Shown here: positions 36,153 to 45,969 of the stretch, one piece after another | Position numbering within the stretch: the stretch's first letter is position 1 | Layout of the letters: each line of letters starts with the position of its first letter | Virus record (IMG/VR): IMGVR_UViG_2902495512_000001 | Length of the DNA stretch: 64,000 nucleotides | Strand: one strand, 5' to 3' | From: a virus | Program-made: the position numbers and the translations under genes | Notes under the pieces: generated by a model | What the model was told of the DNA's origin: nothing | The model's input: the letters and a program-made list of their open reading frames with translations, nothing else | Database searches by the model: none

Positions 36153-36311
36153 TCAATCCTCCCTGAACGCCCACTTATTAATGTTGTACGGCTCATATTC
36201 CTTGGCCAATTGCTTGCTATCTGATGCTTTAGCTTTGTTTGCTTCGACGTGTTCCTTCATACGCCGGTGCTTCCGTTTAATCGTTGAACGCTTCTTGGTG
36301 TGTTTAGGCAT
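36153..36311 (-). CDS. Small basic hypothetical protein (MPKHTKKRSTIK...)
   Basis: Read by eye; GGAGG RBS; overlaps the resolvase stop. Confidence 0.65.
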   Translation of the reverse strand: MPKHTKKRSTIKRKHRRMKEHVEANKAKASDSKQLAKEYEPYNINKWAFRED

Positions 36312-36684
36312 CTTCGTCCTCCGTGATTTCATCTATTTCTACTCTAGGATTTCGTTTATCAACGGCAAATTCGTCCTGGAATCCTGTGATGTGCTTTCGA
36401 TTGTCGTTGCCTAAAAGCCCAGCCTTCATAAAGCCGTCCAGCACAAACTTTTTAGCAAACGCGATATTATCCGCATCTTTCCGGTTGTTCTTCGTGTACC
36501 ACGTAAATTTAAGCTTGCAAGGCCAGCTGAATTCAACTCCAGAATTATGACTAGCCCGCGCATATACACTACATAAGGCCGTGTACCGCTTCTTTAGTTT
36601 AGCTGCAGCGTATCTGTTGGCCCGTTCAGCCTTGATGTACTCATTTAGGCTAGGCAACTCGCCCTTGATCACGACTTTACTCAT
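36304..36684 (-). CDS. RusA-like Holliday junction resolvase
   Basis: DADNIAFAKKFVLDG; NPRVEI. Confidence 0.88.
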   Translation of the reverse strand: MSKVVIKGELPSLNEYIKAERANRYAAAKLKKRYTALCSVYARASHNSGVEFSWPCKLKFTWYTKNNRKDADNIAFAKKFVLDGFMKAGLLGNDNRKHITGFQDEFAVDKRNPRVEIDEITEDEDA

Positions 36685-37199
36685 ACTTTCGGCACCCGGC
36701 TGATGTAGTAGCCACAGACAATGCCATTTGAGTAGCTTGCTTGCCTTATCGATCTAGCTGGGGCGCCGATCTTATCACCTAGCAAATCAACTGTTTGCCC
36801 AGTAATAATCTCGTTGGGATTGTCGTACTTCTCGGCCCGCCAGTACTCGTTACGCAGTGGTAGGCGGTACTTGTGCACCAAGTAGCTCACTCGCTGGGTA
36901 AAGTAGCCAGTTTCATCGGTCAATGCTCTAATCGTATGTTTGCCAGCACGATATGCGCGACGAATCTCTTTAATTTGCTCACGTTCCTCAGCTTGGGGAT
37001 CTGGTAACATATTAGCTAAGTAAGCTTCATCACTGCGTACCTTAGTCCCAGGCTTAACCAGTCTAACCGGGAACGGCCATTCACCAGATTTGTAGTTATG
37101 TTGCGCGAGCTTAAACATTTCCGGTTCGGGCCCCATTGCTAGTGGGTGATCGATATCGGGTAGATCAGCGTTAATTACTAGCACCTGTGTTTCAGTCAT
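36681..37199 (-). CDS. Hypothetical DNA-binding phage protein
   Basis: 172 aa with a central HTH-like segment. Confidence 0.6.
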   Translation of the reverse strand: MTETQVLVINADLPDIDHPLAMGPEPEMFKLAQHNYKSGEWPFPVRLVKPGTKVRSDEAYLANMLPDPQAEEREQIKEIRRAYRAGKHTIRALTDETGYFTQRVSYLVHKYRLPLRNEYWRAEKYDNPNEIITGQTVDLLGDKIGAPARSIRQASYSNGIVCGYYISRVPKV

Positions 37200-37203
37200 G
37201 CAC

Positions 37204-37926
37204 TCACCCCTCTTTGACCATTGACTTCGATTTCAAAAATTTATTAGCAAAATACTGCTGCCCCTTGCCCGTAATTAGGGGCGTAAAGCGTGTCTTTGAA
37301 CCATGGTTAGTGGTGATCACGGTTTCTCTCACTTCCATGATTCCCAGCTCCATCGCTCGTTGGGTCGGTGAGTTGTAACGTTTCCCTATCGCTATTAGGT
37401 AGCCATGAGTTCTTAGCCAATCGAACAAGCGGTTTTGACCAGTCTTAATACCGCGCTGGCGTAATACCTTAGCAAAATTCCCGACGCTGATAGAATCGTC
37501 TGAGCCTGAAACTGCTTGGCCTAATCTAGCTGGCCCTTGCAACTGTTCATTCTCCAGTTTCAGCTGCTCGTTTTCCCTCATCAGGAAACTATATCCACGT
37601 TTGACAACCTCCATTGGGCTGTTCCATCGTCTTTCAACAGCTAGGAAATAGTTACGATAACGGCTACCATTTTGGTTTCTAACCATCATTGCTAATTGCT
37701 TAGCCATGTCAAGCGTAATAACATAATCGTCAATTTCCCGCACGGCCCCATTGTTGACAACCGTACTTGATGTACACTTGTCAAAATCGGCCCCTTCATC
37801 AAACAAAGAAAAATTATTTTCGACCCAGCGACTAAAGCGTTGTGCAATTTGAAGTCCTTTATATAGGTCCCGGGCAGACACTAACTGCCGCCCATCTTTT
37901 TCAGTGATTTTAATCAATTCATTCAT
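37204..37926 (-). CDS. Phage antirepressor (AntA/AntB + KilAC)
   Basis: VSARDLYKGL, TLDMAKQLAM, GQNRLFDWLR, ITGKGQQYF. Confidence 0.9.
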   Translation of the reverse strand: MNELIKITEKDGRQLVSARDLYKGLQIAQRFSRWVENNFSLFDEGADFDKCTSSTVVNNGAVREIDDYVITLDMAKQLAMMVRNQNGSRYRNYFLAVERRWNSPMEVVKRGYSFLMRENEQLKLENEQLQGPARLGQAVSGSDDSISVGNFAKVLRQRGIKTGQNRLFDWLRTHGYLIAIGKRYNSPTQRAMELGIMEVRETVITTNHGSKTRFTPLITGKGQQYFANKFLKSKSMVKEG

Positions 37927-37946
37927 GCGCTCACCTCCGTTTGCAA

Positions 37947-38210
37947 TCATTGTCTAGCTTGCTCTAGATCAATAAAATACTCGGCTGGTTTACCCCAACA
38001 TTGGGTCAAATCAAAATTTGAGCCATCCCGCTGATATTCAATAATTAAAACTTCGAGTGCAAATAGCTTGTATTCATGAGCGCACACTTCATCTTGTGCA
38101 CTACCACCGGCCTTTAAATGCCGCTTCATGCGCTGCTTAGTCCAGTGTAATGCGGCCGGTTCATAGGCATGGTTAGCGGCTAACTTGACTAATTGATTAC
38201 CCCAATTCAT
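37947..38210 (-). CDS. Hypothetical phage protein (possible helicase-loader-like)
   Basis: Coupled to the replication initiator. Confidence 0.6.
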   Translation of the reverse strand: MNWGNQLVKLAANHAYEPAALHWTKQRMKRHLKAGGSAQDEVCAHEYKLFALEVLIIEYQRDGSNFDLTQCWGKPAEYFIDLEQARQ

Positions 38211-39091
38211 TTAGCTTCCTCCTGACTGTTCACGAGCGCTAGGAACGCCTCATCACTCATATCGTCCTGCTCGTTATCGCTTGAGTTTGGCTTAGAATCC
38301 GCCTGAGAAGCGCCGTTTTGCGCCCACTTTGGAATGATCTCTTTACGTCCGGCCCCAGACTTTCCCTTTGGCTTAGGTGGTGTCATGTCGTAATTGCTTA
38401 ACCAACCACCGTTATCCAACCAGTTCGCTAGCTGCTGAACGTACTGTCCCTGTATCCCCTTAACTTCCAAGTACCGCTTATAATTGCCGATACCCTGAAT
38501 GATTTGGCTCTTAGTGGCTTTACCAGCGGGGTTGGCGCCAGTAACGGTAGCCCGATAATAAGCATTCCATGCGTCACCAAACTTTTCTTGGCGTGGGTAA
38601 ACAGCCCACACTTCGTTCTGGAACTCTTCACGAATATGGTCACGTGGGTCCTTATTATCTTTTTCGGTAGTAGTCAGTTCAGGTGTAGTATTAGTAAGTT
38701 CTTTGGAGCTACCAGTTGGGCTACTGTCTGGGTTACCAGTTGGGATACTACTTTGGTTACTAGTTGAGCTACTATCACCGTTTCTAGTAGCCCAACTGGT
38801 ACTGTAAAGCCTGATAATTTGGTACTGAGGCTTTTGCTTATTCCTTTTGCCGGGGACATATTTGATTAATCCAAGTTGTACAAGTTCGTTCCTAGCCTTC
38901 TTTAGTCCGGCCTCGGATAGTCCAGTAAGATCGAGCAACGCAGAATTCTTTAGGGTAAACAGTTTATCTAGCTGATACTCATCGTTCGCGTAGTCCAATA
39001 ACTCGCGATACAGGTTATTTTGACCAGTTGAGATATCTATTTGATTCCGTTTCAGATTTCTGTAAGCTCGTCTTTGCTTGAAATAATCCAA
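38207..39091 (-). CDS. Replication initiator protein
   Basis: N-terminal wHTH (GLSEAGLKKARNELVQLGLI), Ser/Thr linker with iterons; TTG start after GGAGG. Confidence 0.85.
   Translation of the reverse strand: MDYFKQRRAYRNLKRNQIDISTGQNNLYRELLDYANDEYQLDKLFTLKNSALLDLTGLSEAGLKKARNELVQLGLIKYVPGKRNKQKPQYQIIRLYSTSWATRNGDSSSTSNQSSIPTGNPDSSPTGSSKELTNTTPELTTTEKDNKDPRDHIREEFQNEVWAVYPRQEKFGDAWNAYYRATVTGANPAGKATKSQIIQGIGNYKRYLEVKGIQGQYVQQLANWLDNGGWLSNYDMTPPKPKGKSGAGRKEIIPKWAQNGASQADSKPNSSDNEQDDMSDEAFLALVNSQEEAK
38710..38801. repeat. Replication-origin iterons within rep
   Basis: ACCAGTTGGG-type repeats at 24-bp spacing (38711, 38735, 38759) plus a 16-bp inverted copy 38786-38801. Confidence 0.7.
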
Positions 39092-39253
39092 ATCTACACC
39101 TCCTTTACTAATGGGCCTTTCACCCATTCGGTGTATTCAGTCACTGCTGCATTCAAGCCAATTCGAATGTCATTTGATTAAAATTTAGATTGTCATTTTT
39201 GATTACCATGTAACGTTGAAGCCCGATTTATTCGGTCCATCAAGTTAGTGCCA

Positions 39254-39916
39254 TCAAAAGGGTAGCCCATCAGGAACGTTATCAAATGGCTGGCCACCTT
39301 TGTACCCAGCACCAGTTTGGTTAGCGAAACTATTATTACCCTGTTGCTTAGGTACATTATTATTTGATTGATTAGGTGCTGACGTGCTGCCAAAACCGTT
39401 ATTATGATTTTGACCACCAAAACCACTACTGTTTCTTGGTGCAAATCCGCCACTCTGGGTGCTTAATCCATTAGGACGCTTAACACCATTTGGCTTACTG
39501 CCGTCTTGCATAAATGGTTTGTGACTTTTGACGCTTAAATAAGTTTTACCGTTTTGACCAGTTTCCCAATCGACCGTGACAGCTAGTTTATTGCCAACAG
39601 CTTGCGAGACAAATTGCTGAATCGAATCAAACGAAGTCCCATTAGCAGCGCCTAGGGCAACTGCAATCGTGTTAAACCGTTTAATCGAAAGGTTACCTTT
39701 CTCCTCTGTACTGGTATCCCACACTTCATTGTCGAATCGAATTCGACCACCCTTATATTTTCCATCGAGCACTTCATAATCAAATACTGCCATTGGGTTC
39801 CCGGCTTGTTGAGTTGTCGTGTATTGAGAACTGGGAGTAACCACCACATTGTATGTTCCGGCCTCCTCCACTGCTTGTCCGAGAATATTATTTGTATCTA
39901 CTGTAAATAGTGCCAT
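39254..39916 (-). CDS. DUF669 ssDNA-binding-like protein
   Basis: EAGTYNV.V...GGRIRFDN; Gly/Asn tail ending DGLPF. Confidence 0.8.
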   Translation of the reverse strand: MALFTVDTNNILGQAVEEAGTYNVVVTPSSQYTTTQQAGNPMAVFDYEVLDGKYKGGRIRFDNEVWDTSTEEKGNLSIKRFNTIAVALGAANGTSFDSIQQFVSQAVGNKLAVTVDWETGQNGKTYLSVKSHKPFMQDGSKPNGVKRPNGLSTQSGGFAPRNSSGFGGQNHNNGFGSTSAPNQSNNNVPKQQGNNSFANQTGAGYKGGQPFDNVPDGLPF

Positions 39917-39918
39917 TT

Positions 39919-40581
39919 TTATTTCTCTCCTTTTTCTGACTGAATTAGCTCATTAGCTTTAATCAATTTGCGATTATCTAATCGGTTTTTAGCGTGATTT
40001 CCTTTTTCTGGATCCAAGTCAATCATTCGTTCACCCGCTGCCAAGTAAATACGGCCTACTAGGTCAAACATCGAAGTAAATGCGTTAAACGTTTTTTCAT
40101 TCATATCAGCTTGAAAGCGACCCTCACCACTAATTCCCGATGATCCGTTATCAAGTTGATGAGCAGTTGCATAAATCGTTTTGCCACTCTCTTTTAAAAT
40201 GGTTCCCAAATCACGAAACCATAATTGCAATTTTTGGTAATTCTGGCGATTGTCCTTAGCTGCATTGTCGATATTCTCAAGTACCAAGTTTTGTAGCGCC
40301 GTTACATTATCCAAAACGATCACTTGATATTTAGCATTTTGAATAGCACGAATAATGCACTCTTCCACCATTGCTTGAATATTCGGAGCATCATTATGTT
40401 CAAAGATCACTACGTCTACATCCTTATCGCCAATCAAAACATTGCTAGACATATCAAAGCTAAAAACGAATTTATGACCTTTTAGTTGCTTTAGCAGGCT
40501 AGTTTTACCAGTACCGCCATCCCCGTAGATAAAGTACATGTTGGGTATCTCTGGAATATTCCCATCCTCATAAAACTTCAT
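39919..40581 (-). CDS. Sak4-like AAA ATPase / recombinase
   Basis: YGDGGTGKT, IVLDNV, AKNRL. Confidence 0.85.
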   Translation of the reverse strand: MKFYEDGNIPEIPNMYFIYGDGGTGKTSLLKQLKGHKFVFSFDMSSNVLIGDKDVDVVIFEHNDAPNIQAMVEECIIRAIQNAKYQVIVLDNVTALQNLVLENIDNAAKDNRQNYQKLQLWFRDLGTILKESGKTIYATAHQLDNGSSGISGEGRFQADMNEKTFNAFTSMFDLVGRIYLAAGERMIDLDPEKGNHAKNRLDNRKLIKANELIQSEKGEK

Positions 40582-40587
40582 GGTTTA

Positions 40588-41097
40588 TCATCCTTTTGCT
40601 TTAACACTGATTTTTGGCTTCTTGAGTGACCCGGAGTATCCCGGCAGAGCCTTAAGGTTTGAATCCATGATCTTCCCATCAGGGGTTACATAGAGCTCTC
40701 CACTTGCTAGTCGGTTCTTAATTTCGGTCTCATTCACGCTTCGGGACGTCTTAACCAAAGTATCGTCAAAGCGCTCAAAGACCGCTGTAAGCTCTTTGGG
40801 TGTCGCATCCTTATCTCGTTCAAGGTTCCAGTTACGAGACGTACTAGGGTTAACGGTGCCCATTTTGAAGTGAAAGAACTCAGTATCAACTTGTTCTTGA
40901 TCACCCATTGCCATTCGCTGTAATTCTTGTAGTTGGTCAATTTGATCATCTACCGTCTTGATGGCCTTTCGATACTTATCAACTTCCATTTGCGGTCTTA
41001 GCATGGCCTTTTTAAAAGCCTTCTTATCTCGGGTAGCCTGCTCAAGCTTGGCTTCCATTTCATCGAGCGTCATGCCCGCAGTTTCTTCTTTAATCAT
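40588..41097 (-). CDS. Gp157/Gam-like coiled-coil recombination-module protein
   Basis: Position before Sak4; coiled coil; family assignment tentative. Confidence 0.55.
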   Translation of the reverse strand: MIKEETAGMTLDEMEAKLEQATRDKKAFKKAMLRPQMEVDKYRKAIKTVDDQIDQLQELQRMAMGDQEQVDTEFFHFKMGTVNPSTSRNWNLERDKDATPKELTAVFERFDDTLVKTSRSVNETEIKNRLASGELYVTPDGKIMDSNLKALPGYSGSLKKPKISVKAKG

Positions 41098-41272
41098 TCT
41101 CATCGTCCTCCTCATCAGCAATGACGCCACTTTCGATTAAGTCTTCCTCGGTAGGCACATCATCACGCCAGCCTTCCGCAGCTTCTTCTTGGTCAATTAA
41201 CCAGCTATCGTAGCCGTTCATTTCGCCCACCTCCGTGCCAAACGTTGTCTTAGTGACAGTTTCGGAGTACAA
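41090..41272 (-). CDS. Small acidic hypothetical protein (true start likely ~41221, MNGYDSW)
   Basis: GGAGGTG RBS before MNGYDSWL. Confidence 0.55.
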   Translation of the reverse strand: MYSETVTKTTFGTEVGEMNGYDSWLIDQEEAAEGWRDDVPTEEDLIESGVIADEEDDEND

Positions 41273-41484
41273 TAAAAATCGAAAAAGAAAATTTTGTTAT
41301 GCTCTTGAAGTTTAGCTGCACGGGTACTCCCAATACTCGAGCAGCTTTTTTCGTACTCAAATTTAGGCTTTAGCGATACATATTGCGCAATGGACGCCTG
41401 CAATCCTTCCAGATTATTGATAATGATTGGCACTTGGTGATAATCCACCGTGTAGTCTGGCAGATTAATTACTTCATTCGCCAT
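41218..41484 (-). pseudogene. Truncated DUF1351-like N-terminus
   Basis: MANEVINLPDYTVDY...NLEGLQASIAQYVS followed by an abrupt change to low-coding-like sequence. Confidence 0.5.
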
Positions 41485-41630
41485 TATTCAAGCCCCCGTA
41501 ATTTGTTCAATTCTGTTTCACTCTTATCTAACATTTCGTACAACTTGGCCAGCGATTCGGCATCACTGATCCAAATTCTGTTGATAACATGCTTTAGAAG
41601 CTTGATGTGATTGTTCGCGATTTCTTCCAT
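41484..41630 (-). CDS. Small hypothetical protein (48 aa, MEEIANNHIKLL...)
   Basis: Read by eye; AAGGAGG RBS. Confidence 0.65.
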   Translation of the reverse strand: MEEIANNHIKLLKHVINRIWISDAESLAKLYEMLDKSETELNKLRGLE

Positions 41631-41644
41631 AACTACCGTCCTCC

Positions 41645-41728
41645 TTAAATACCAAACCAGCCAGCAACTTCATGACGCTTGAACCACAATGCCGTTAGCA
41701 CGCAGCCTACTATTGCTCCTTCAATCAT
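41645..41728 (-). CDS. 27-aa membrane peptide (MIEGAIVGCVLTALW...)
   Basis: AGGAGG RBS; hydrophobic. Confidence 0.55.
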   Translation of the reverse strand: MIEGAIVGCVLTALWFKRHEVAGWFGI

Positions 41729-41740
41729 TGCTATTTCCTC

Positions 41741-42253
41741 CTAGCCATTTTCTTGGTTGACTTTATCGATTACTTCCTGCAATTTATCCATTGGAATACC
41801 GGCATACTCAGCCTTCTTAGCCAAATCGGTTATCTCGGCGCTAATCTCTTCAGCGTATTCACGTGGATAACGTTCAATAACTAGCTGTTGCGCTGGCGTC
41901 CGATCATTTGGATTAATTGCAATAGCGTTCTCAAACTCAGCTTCCATTGCCTCTCGTTCTTGCTGCTCTTTTTTCTGACGCATTAGGGCTGAGAACATGT
42001 CACCCTTTAGACGCCTGTCATTCTGAAATGACAGCACACCGAAATTCTCACGAGCGCCAGAATAATTAAGCCAAAAATCGTTAATTACATTTGCTAACGA
42101 CTTCCTTATTTGTGAATCAGTGCTTCTTGATCCACTCTTCAACCGAGACAATTGTCCGGGAGAAACATGCGTCCTATCTGCAATCTGCTGCTGTGTTAGT
42201 GTTTTATTTTTGCCTAATGCCAATGACAATTGCTCTGCAAACTTGTTCTTCAT
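41741..42253 (-). CDS. XRE-family HTH phage regulator (spans the repeat junction)
   Basis: LTQQQIADRTHVSPGQLSRLKSG; intact across 41964/41965. Confidence 0.85.
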   Translation of the reverse strand: MKNKFAEQLSLALGKNKTLTQQQIADRTHVSPGQLSRLKSGSRSTDSQIRKSLANVINDFWLNYSGARENFGVLSFQNDRRLKGDMFSALMRQKKEQQEREAMEAEFENAIAINPNDRTPAQQLVIERYPREYAEEISAEITDLAKKAEYAGIPMDKLQEVIDKVNQENG

Positions 42254-42320
42254 ACCTACACCTCTGTATTTTGGAAAGGGCTTTATATGGCCTTTCCATG
42301 TAATTCACCTATAATTTAAA

Positions 42321-42626
42321 TTAATCGGGATGATCTAATAGGTAATCCATCATCTCAGCTGCTGGAATCTGCCAGCCGTTATGGGTATTCACATAATCAA
42401 TAAAGCCACCCTGTTCAATATCCAAATCATGGCGATGCTTGGTTAAATATCGTGAGGCTCGTTCGGTTGATTTAGTTCCGTATTTATACTTAGCCAGATC
42501 TTTAAGCTTCCAAGTACAAATACCACGTTGTGCTTGCTTCCAGGCTTGGAACCTCTCATATTCTTCTTCGCTAATGAATTGGAAACCCTTTGGAGCCTCA
42601 TGCCGAATCAATATCGTATCTGACAT
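42321..42626 (-). CDS. DUF771-like protein (repeat copy)
   Basis: Identical to 357..662. Confidence 0.55.
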   Translation of the reverse strand: MSDTILIRHEAPKGFQFISEEEYERFQAWKQAQRGICTWKLKDLAKYKYGTKSTERASRYLTKHRHDLDIEQGGFIDYVNTHNGWQIPAAEMMDYLLDHPD

Positions 42627-42637
42627 GTTCGTACCTC

Positions 42638-42808
42638 CTAATATGAAACTGACATAAGTTGGCTAGCTTGCTCGTTATACTCGGCCGTTACCGCCCGGAA
42701 TTCAGCATCTAGTGCTTTATCGCTTAGTGCCTCAAACATTACTCTTGGTGTTTCTGGCTTAACCTTTGCTAGTGCATTAATTAATGTAGTTCGTGATAGA
42801 TGTGTCAT
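42638..42808 (-). CDS. 56-aa hypothetical protein (repeat copy)
   Basis: Identical to 674..844. Confidence 0.75.
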   Translation of the reverse strand: MTHLSRTTLINALAKVKPETPRVMFEALSDKALDAEFRAVTAEYNEQASQLMSVSY

Positions 42809-42820
42809 TTTGCCGCCTCC

Positions 42821-43051
42821 TTATTTACTCGTATTGTGTACTTTATCTTCAAAAAAATAAGTCCATTTAACACGTTTTTTTTTCGATATATCATTCATTC
42901 TTACAGCCATTTTCTTAGCTCTACCAACACTTGGTGTTCTATGCCCTTGTTCGTAAGACGCTAAAGTTGTCTCTGGCATATCGAGAAATTCAGCAGCCTT
43001 TTTTTGCGTTAGTCCGTTGATGTCTCTCCACTCTTTTAACCAATGACGCAT
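42821..43051 (-). CDS. Cro-like regulator (repeat copy)
   Basis: Identical to 857..1087. Confidence 0.85.
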   Translation of the reverse strand: MRHWLKEWRDINGLTQKKAAEFLDMPETTLASYEQGHRTPSVGRAKKMAVRMNDISKKKRVKWTYFFEDKVHNTSK

Positions 43052-43223
43052 GTTAACACCTCCTAACTAAGTAATACGTTTCGCGTACCTTTGATGCTTA
43101 CTAATATAATACAATTCGCGTACTTAGTCAACACATAAATACTCTAAACGAGTATTTTTTATATTTTTGTACAAAATACGCATTATGCGTAGTAATCTTA
43201 TAATTAACGAAGGAGGCCTATCA

Positions 43224-43586
43224 ATGTTTGCTGAACGCCTTAAAGAATTACGAAAAAAAGAAGCTGGTCTAACGCAAGAGAGATTAGCAATGCAATTAGG
43301 CATGGCCAAAACAACACTGGCTTCCTATGAACAAGGAAAACGACAGCCAGATCTTGAAACACTTTCTAAAATTGCAGATCGTTTTTCCGTGACAACTGAC
43401 TACTTGCTTGGAAAAAATGGCACGCCAAAATGGGCAACCAAGAAAGATACCATTGACCTGAAGGATTTTCTTGAAGCAAATGAGGGTTCGATGACCTATG
43501 GGGGTGAAGATCTTACTGAAGAAGAAAAACAACAAGTGCGTGTGGCAATGGCAACAATATTCTGGAAACGCCACAAGCATGATTAG
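43224..43586 (+). CDS. CI/ImmR-like repressor (repeat copy)
   Basis: Identical to 1260..1622. Confidence 0.9.
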   Translation: MFAERLKELRKKEAGLTQERLAMQLGMAKTTLASYEQGKRQPDLETLSKIADRFSVTTDYLLGKNGTPKWATKKDTIDLKDFLEANEGSMTYGGEDLTEEEKQQVRVAMATIFWKRHKHD

Positions 43587-43597
43587 GAGTTGTACTT

Positions 43598-44011
43598 ATG
43601 GATAGAGTAAAAGATATTGTTAAAGCTATTGTCAATCGTTATCACACAGCGGACCCGTTTGTAATTGCGGAAAAGCTTAACATACAAGTGGAATGGTGTG
43701 ATTTTGGGGCAATGCCTCTGGGTAAAAATGCTTATGACAACCAAGAGCCAATCATACTACTCAATAATTCTATTAAACACACGCCTACACAGTATTTCAT
43801 ACTCGGTCACGAACTAGGACACGTTATATTCCATGAGGGGCTGATTGGGTACTACACTTCCGTTAAACATGGACATTCTAAGTTTGAACGTGAAGCTGAT
43901 GAATTTTCAGTTGGATTGATGGGAATGTTGTTTATTGAGGAGAATGGCCATATTCCCTATTCATACAGAGAACTGTCCTATCAATACGGGGTACCATTCG
44001 ACGGAGATTAA
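43598..44011 (+). CDS. ImmA/IrrE peptidase (repeat copy)
   Basis: Identical to 1634..2047. Confidence 0.9.
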   Translation: MDRVKDIVKAIVNRYHTADPFVIAEKLNIQVEWCDFGAMPLGKNAYDNQEPIILLNNSIKHTPTQYFILGHELGHVIFHEGLIGYYTSVKHGHSKFEREADEFSVGLMGMLFIEENGHIPYSYRELSYQYGVPFDGD

Positions 44012-44037
44012 TATCAATTAATTTGGAGGAATTTCAA

Positions 44038-45201
44038 TTGAAAAAAAGATTAACCATCGGTGCAGTTATATTGGCATCACTAGCACTAGCTTCTTGTGGA
44101 AATAGCACTAACAAATCAAGCGAATTAAGTTCAAACTCAAGCAGCCTAGTCGCTGCTAAAAGAAAAAAAGCAACCTCTTTATCTGAAAGCAAAGTTAAAG
44201 CTAGTTCTGAAAGCTCATCCACTGCTAAAACGGCGACTAACAATAGCACTCAAGTTCTAACTAAGTTAGTTTCATATACAGACAAAGAGTCTGCCGGACC
44301 AACGCAAAACTATTATTGGGACAATGGCAAGGCCAAGCTTACTAACTTTGATAGTATGAAAGCTGGTAAATATGCTTTTTCAGCTGATAATCAAGGCCGC
44401 TCATCAGTAGCCAAAGCTATGCTTACCTATGCTGAGTACCAAGCTTCTAAAGGTAGTCGACAAGGAACGCCCTTAGATCCACCTTCATGGCCAAGCACCA
44501 ACCCTAAAGTGGCTATTCATTATGGATTAACAGATCGTGTTTACCACGGTTTTCTTTACAATAGAAGCCATTCAATTGCAGATAGTCTTTTGGGCTCGGG
44601 ATCATATACATCGGAATATAATTTTACAACCGGCACAAGGCCTCAAAATGTTGGTGCAAATCAAGAAGGTGGTATGCGCTATGCTGAAGAGTTGGTTGAA
44701 AACTACTGGAATACGCATTCTAACTCTAAGAATACTGTTTCCTACGAAACAACTCCACTCTATAAAGGAAATGAACGAATTCCTCGTGGTTCGCTGGTAG
44801 ACATTAAATCTTCAGATAACCAGCTAAACAAAGAAGTGGTTGTAATTAACTCGGTTGAAGGCATTAAAATTAATTACAATAATGGTAGCAATGATGCCAA
44901 GGCTTATCAATCTTCTAGTCGCTCTGAATCAAGCAAAAAATACGTTTCTGAAGCACCTAAAAAACATTCAGAAACTAGTACGACTAATAGTTCCAGTTCT
45001 GTCTCAACAAAACAGAATTCCGCATACACTACTAATGGCTCATGGACAGTGGCCGCTTCCGGCATGGTATTTGTATCCAATTCAAACAAATATTATAGCC
45101 AAGTGACTAATCCAGGTAATTATCAATATATTAGTCAAAGTTCTGCTCAAGCAGATGGTGCACAGCAAGCTAGTCGTGGAAACCAATACGCAAGACCATA
45201 A
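44038..45201 (+). CDS. Lipoprotein endonuclease (repeat copy)
   Basis: Identical to 2074..3237. Confidence 0.8.
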   Translation: MKKRLTIGAVILASLALASCGNSTNKSSELSSNSSSLVAAKRKKATSLSESKVKASSESSSTAKTATNNSTQVLTKLVSYTDKESAGPTQNYYWDNGKAKLTNFDSMKAGKYAFSADNQGRSSVAKAMLTYAEYQASKGSRQGTPLDPPSWPSTNPKVAIHYGLTDRVYHGFLYNRSHSIADSLLGSGSYTSEYNFTTGTRPQNVGANQEGGMRYAEELVENYWNTHSNSKNTVSYETTPLYKGNERIPRGSLVDIKSSDNQLNKEVVVINSVEGIKINYNNGSNDAKAYQSSSRSESSKKYVSEAPKKHSETSTTNSSSSVSTKQNSAYTTNGSWTVAASGMVFVSNSNKYYSQVTNPGNYQYISQSSAQADGAQQASRGNQYARP

Positions 45202-45230
45202 CAATTCCAAGCCCCTCACCGGGCTTTCAC

Positions 45231-45316
45231 GCGAGTGTAGTTCAACGGTAGAACGGTGCTCCTTTGAATTGCTAACTAGATACTAACAGATGCAGGTTCG
45301 ACTCCTGCCGCTCGCT
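45231..45316 (+). ncRNA. tRNA-like element 1 (repeat copy)
   Basis: Identical to 3267..3352. Confidence 0.85.
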
Positions 45317-45341
45317 TTAACCATAAAGAAGGCTTAATGCT

Positions 45342-45518
45342 ATGGATAGTGAAATTTCAAAATACGAGCTAATTGCCACGATGAAGAAAGATATACAGAC
45401 ATTTATGGACTCAGAATCCATGTTATATCTAAAAAAAGATTCATATTCAACAGAAGAATATGACCGTATGCTTACAGAAGTAAAAGATGATTTGAAAACA
45501 CGGCTATTGCAAAAATAA
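45342..45518 (+). CDS. 58-aa protein A (repeat copy)
   Basis: Identical to 3378..3554. Confidence 0.85.
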   Translation: MDSEISKYELIATMKKDIQTFMDSESMLYLKKDSYSTEEYDRMLTEVKDDLKTRLLQK

Positions 45519-45560
45519 TTATGAACTCAGTAAATGATAGTCAGCCCTAGCTGACTTCAC

Positions 45561-45644
45561 GCGAGTGTAGTTCAACGGTAGAATGGTTCCTTTAATTCAA
45601 ATATAGCCTACCTTCCAATGCAGGTTCGACTCCTGCCGCTCGCA
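45561..45644 (+). ncRNA. tRNA-like element 2 (repeat copy)
   Basis: Identical to 3597..3680. Confidence 0.85.
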
Positions 45645-45683
45645 TAGAGATTCTTAACTCAATCAAACACAGGAGAATCACCA

Positions 45684-45809
45684 ATGTTCAATTCTTTAAC
45701 TTATTTTTTAAAAAGCCTGTTCTCTATTAAGTGGAGCACTGAGCTATTATTTATGGCAATTATATCAGCATTAATTGCATATTTTCTCTATAAAAAGCTT
45801 CATCACTAA
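45684..45809 (+). CDS. 41-aa membrane protein (repeat copy)
   Basis: Identical to 3720..3845. Confidence 0.7.
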   Translation: MFNSLTYFLKSLFSIKWSTELLFMAIISALIAYFLYKKLHH

Positions 45810-45821
45810 TTGATTACAAAC

Positions 45822-45914
45822 GTGGGTGTAGTTCAACGGCAGAACGGCAACTTCTTATGGGATACCCTTCCTTTATTTCTTATTGCCATGCGGGTTCAAC
45901 TCCTGCCACTCACA
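45822..45914 (+). ncRNA. tRNA-like element 3 (repeat copy)
   Basis: Identical to 3858..3950. Confidence 0.85.
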
Positions 45915-45969
45915 TTGACCAGTCAGGATGTCATTAAAAGCTAGAATATATTTTCAGGAGGATATTTAA

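Larger units (their letters stand above)
1..41964. mobile_element. Complete temperate siphovirus genome unit (41,964 bp)
   Basis: Full set of lysogeny, replication, packaging, head, tail and lysis modules; the sequence restarts at 41965. Confidence 0.95.
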
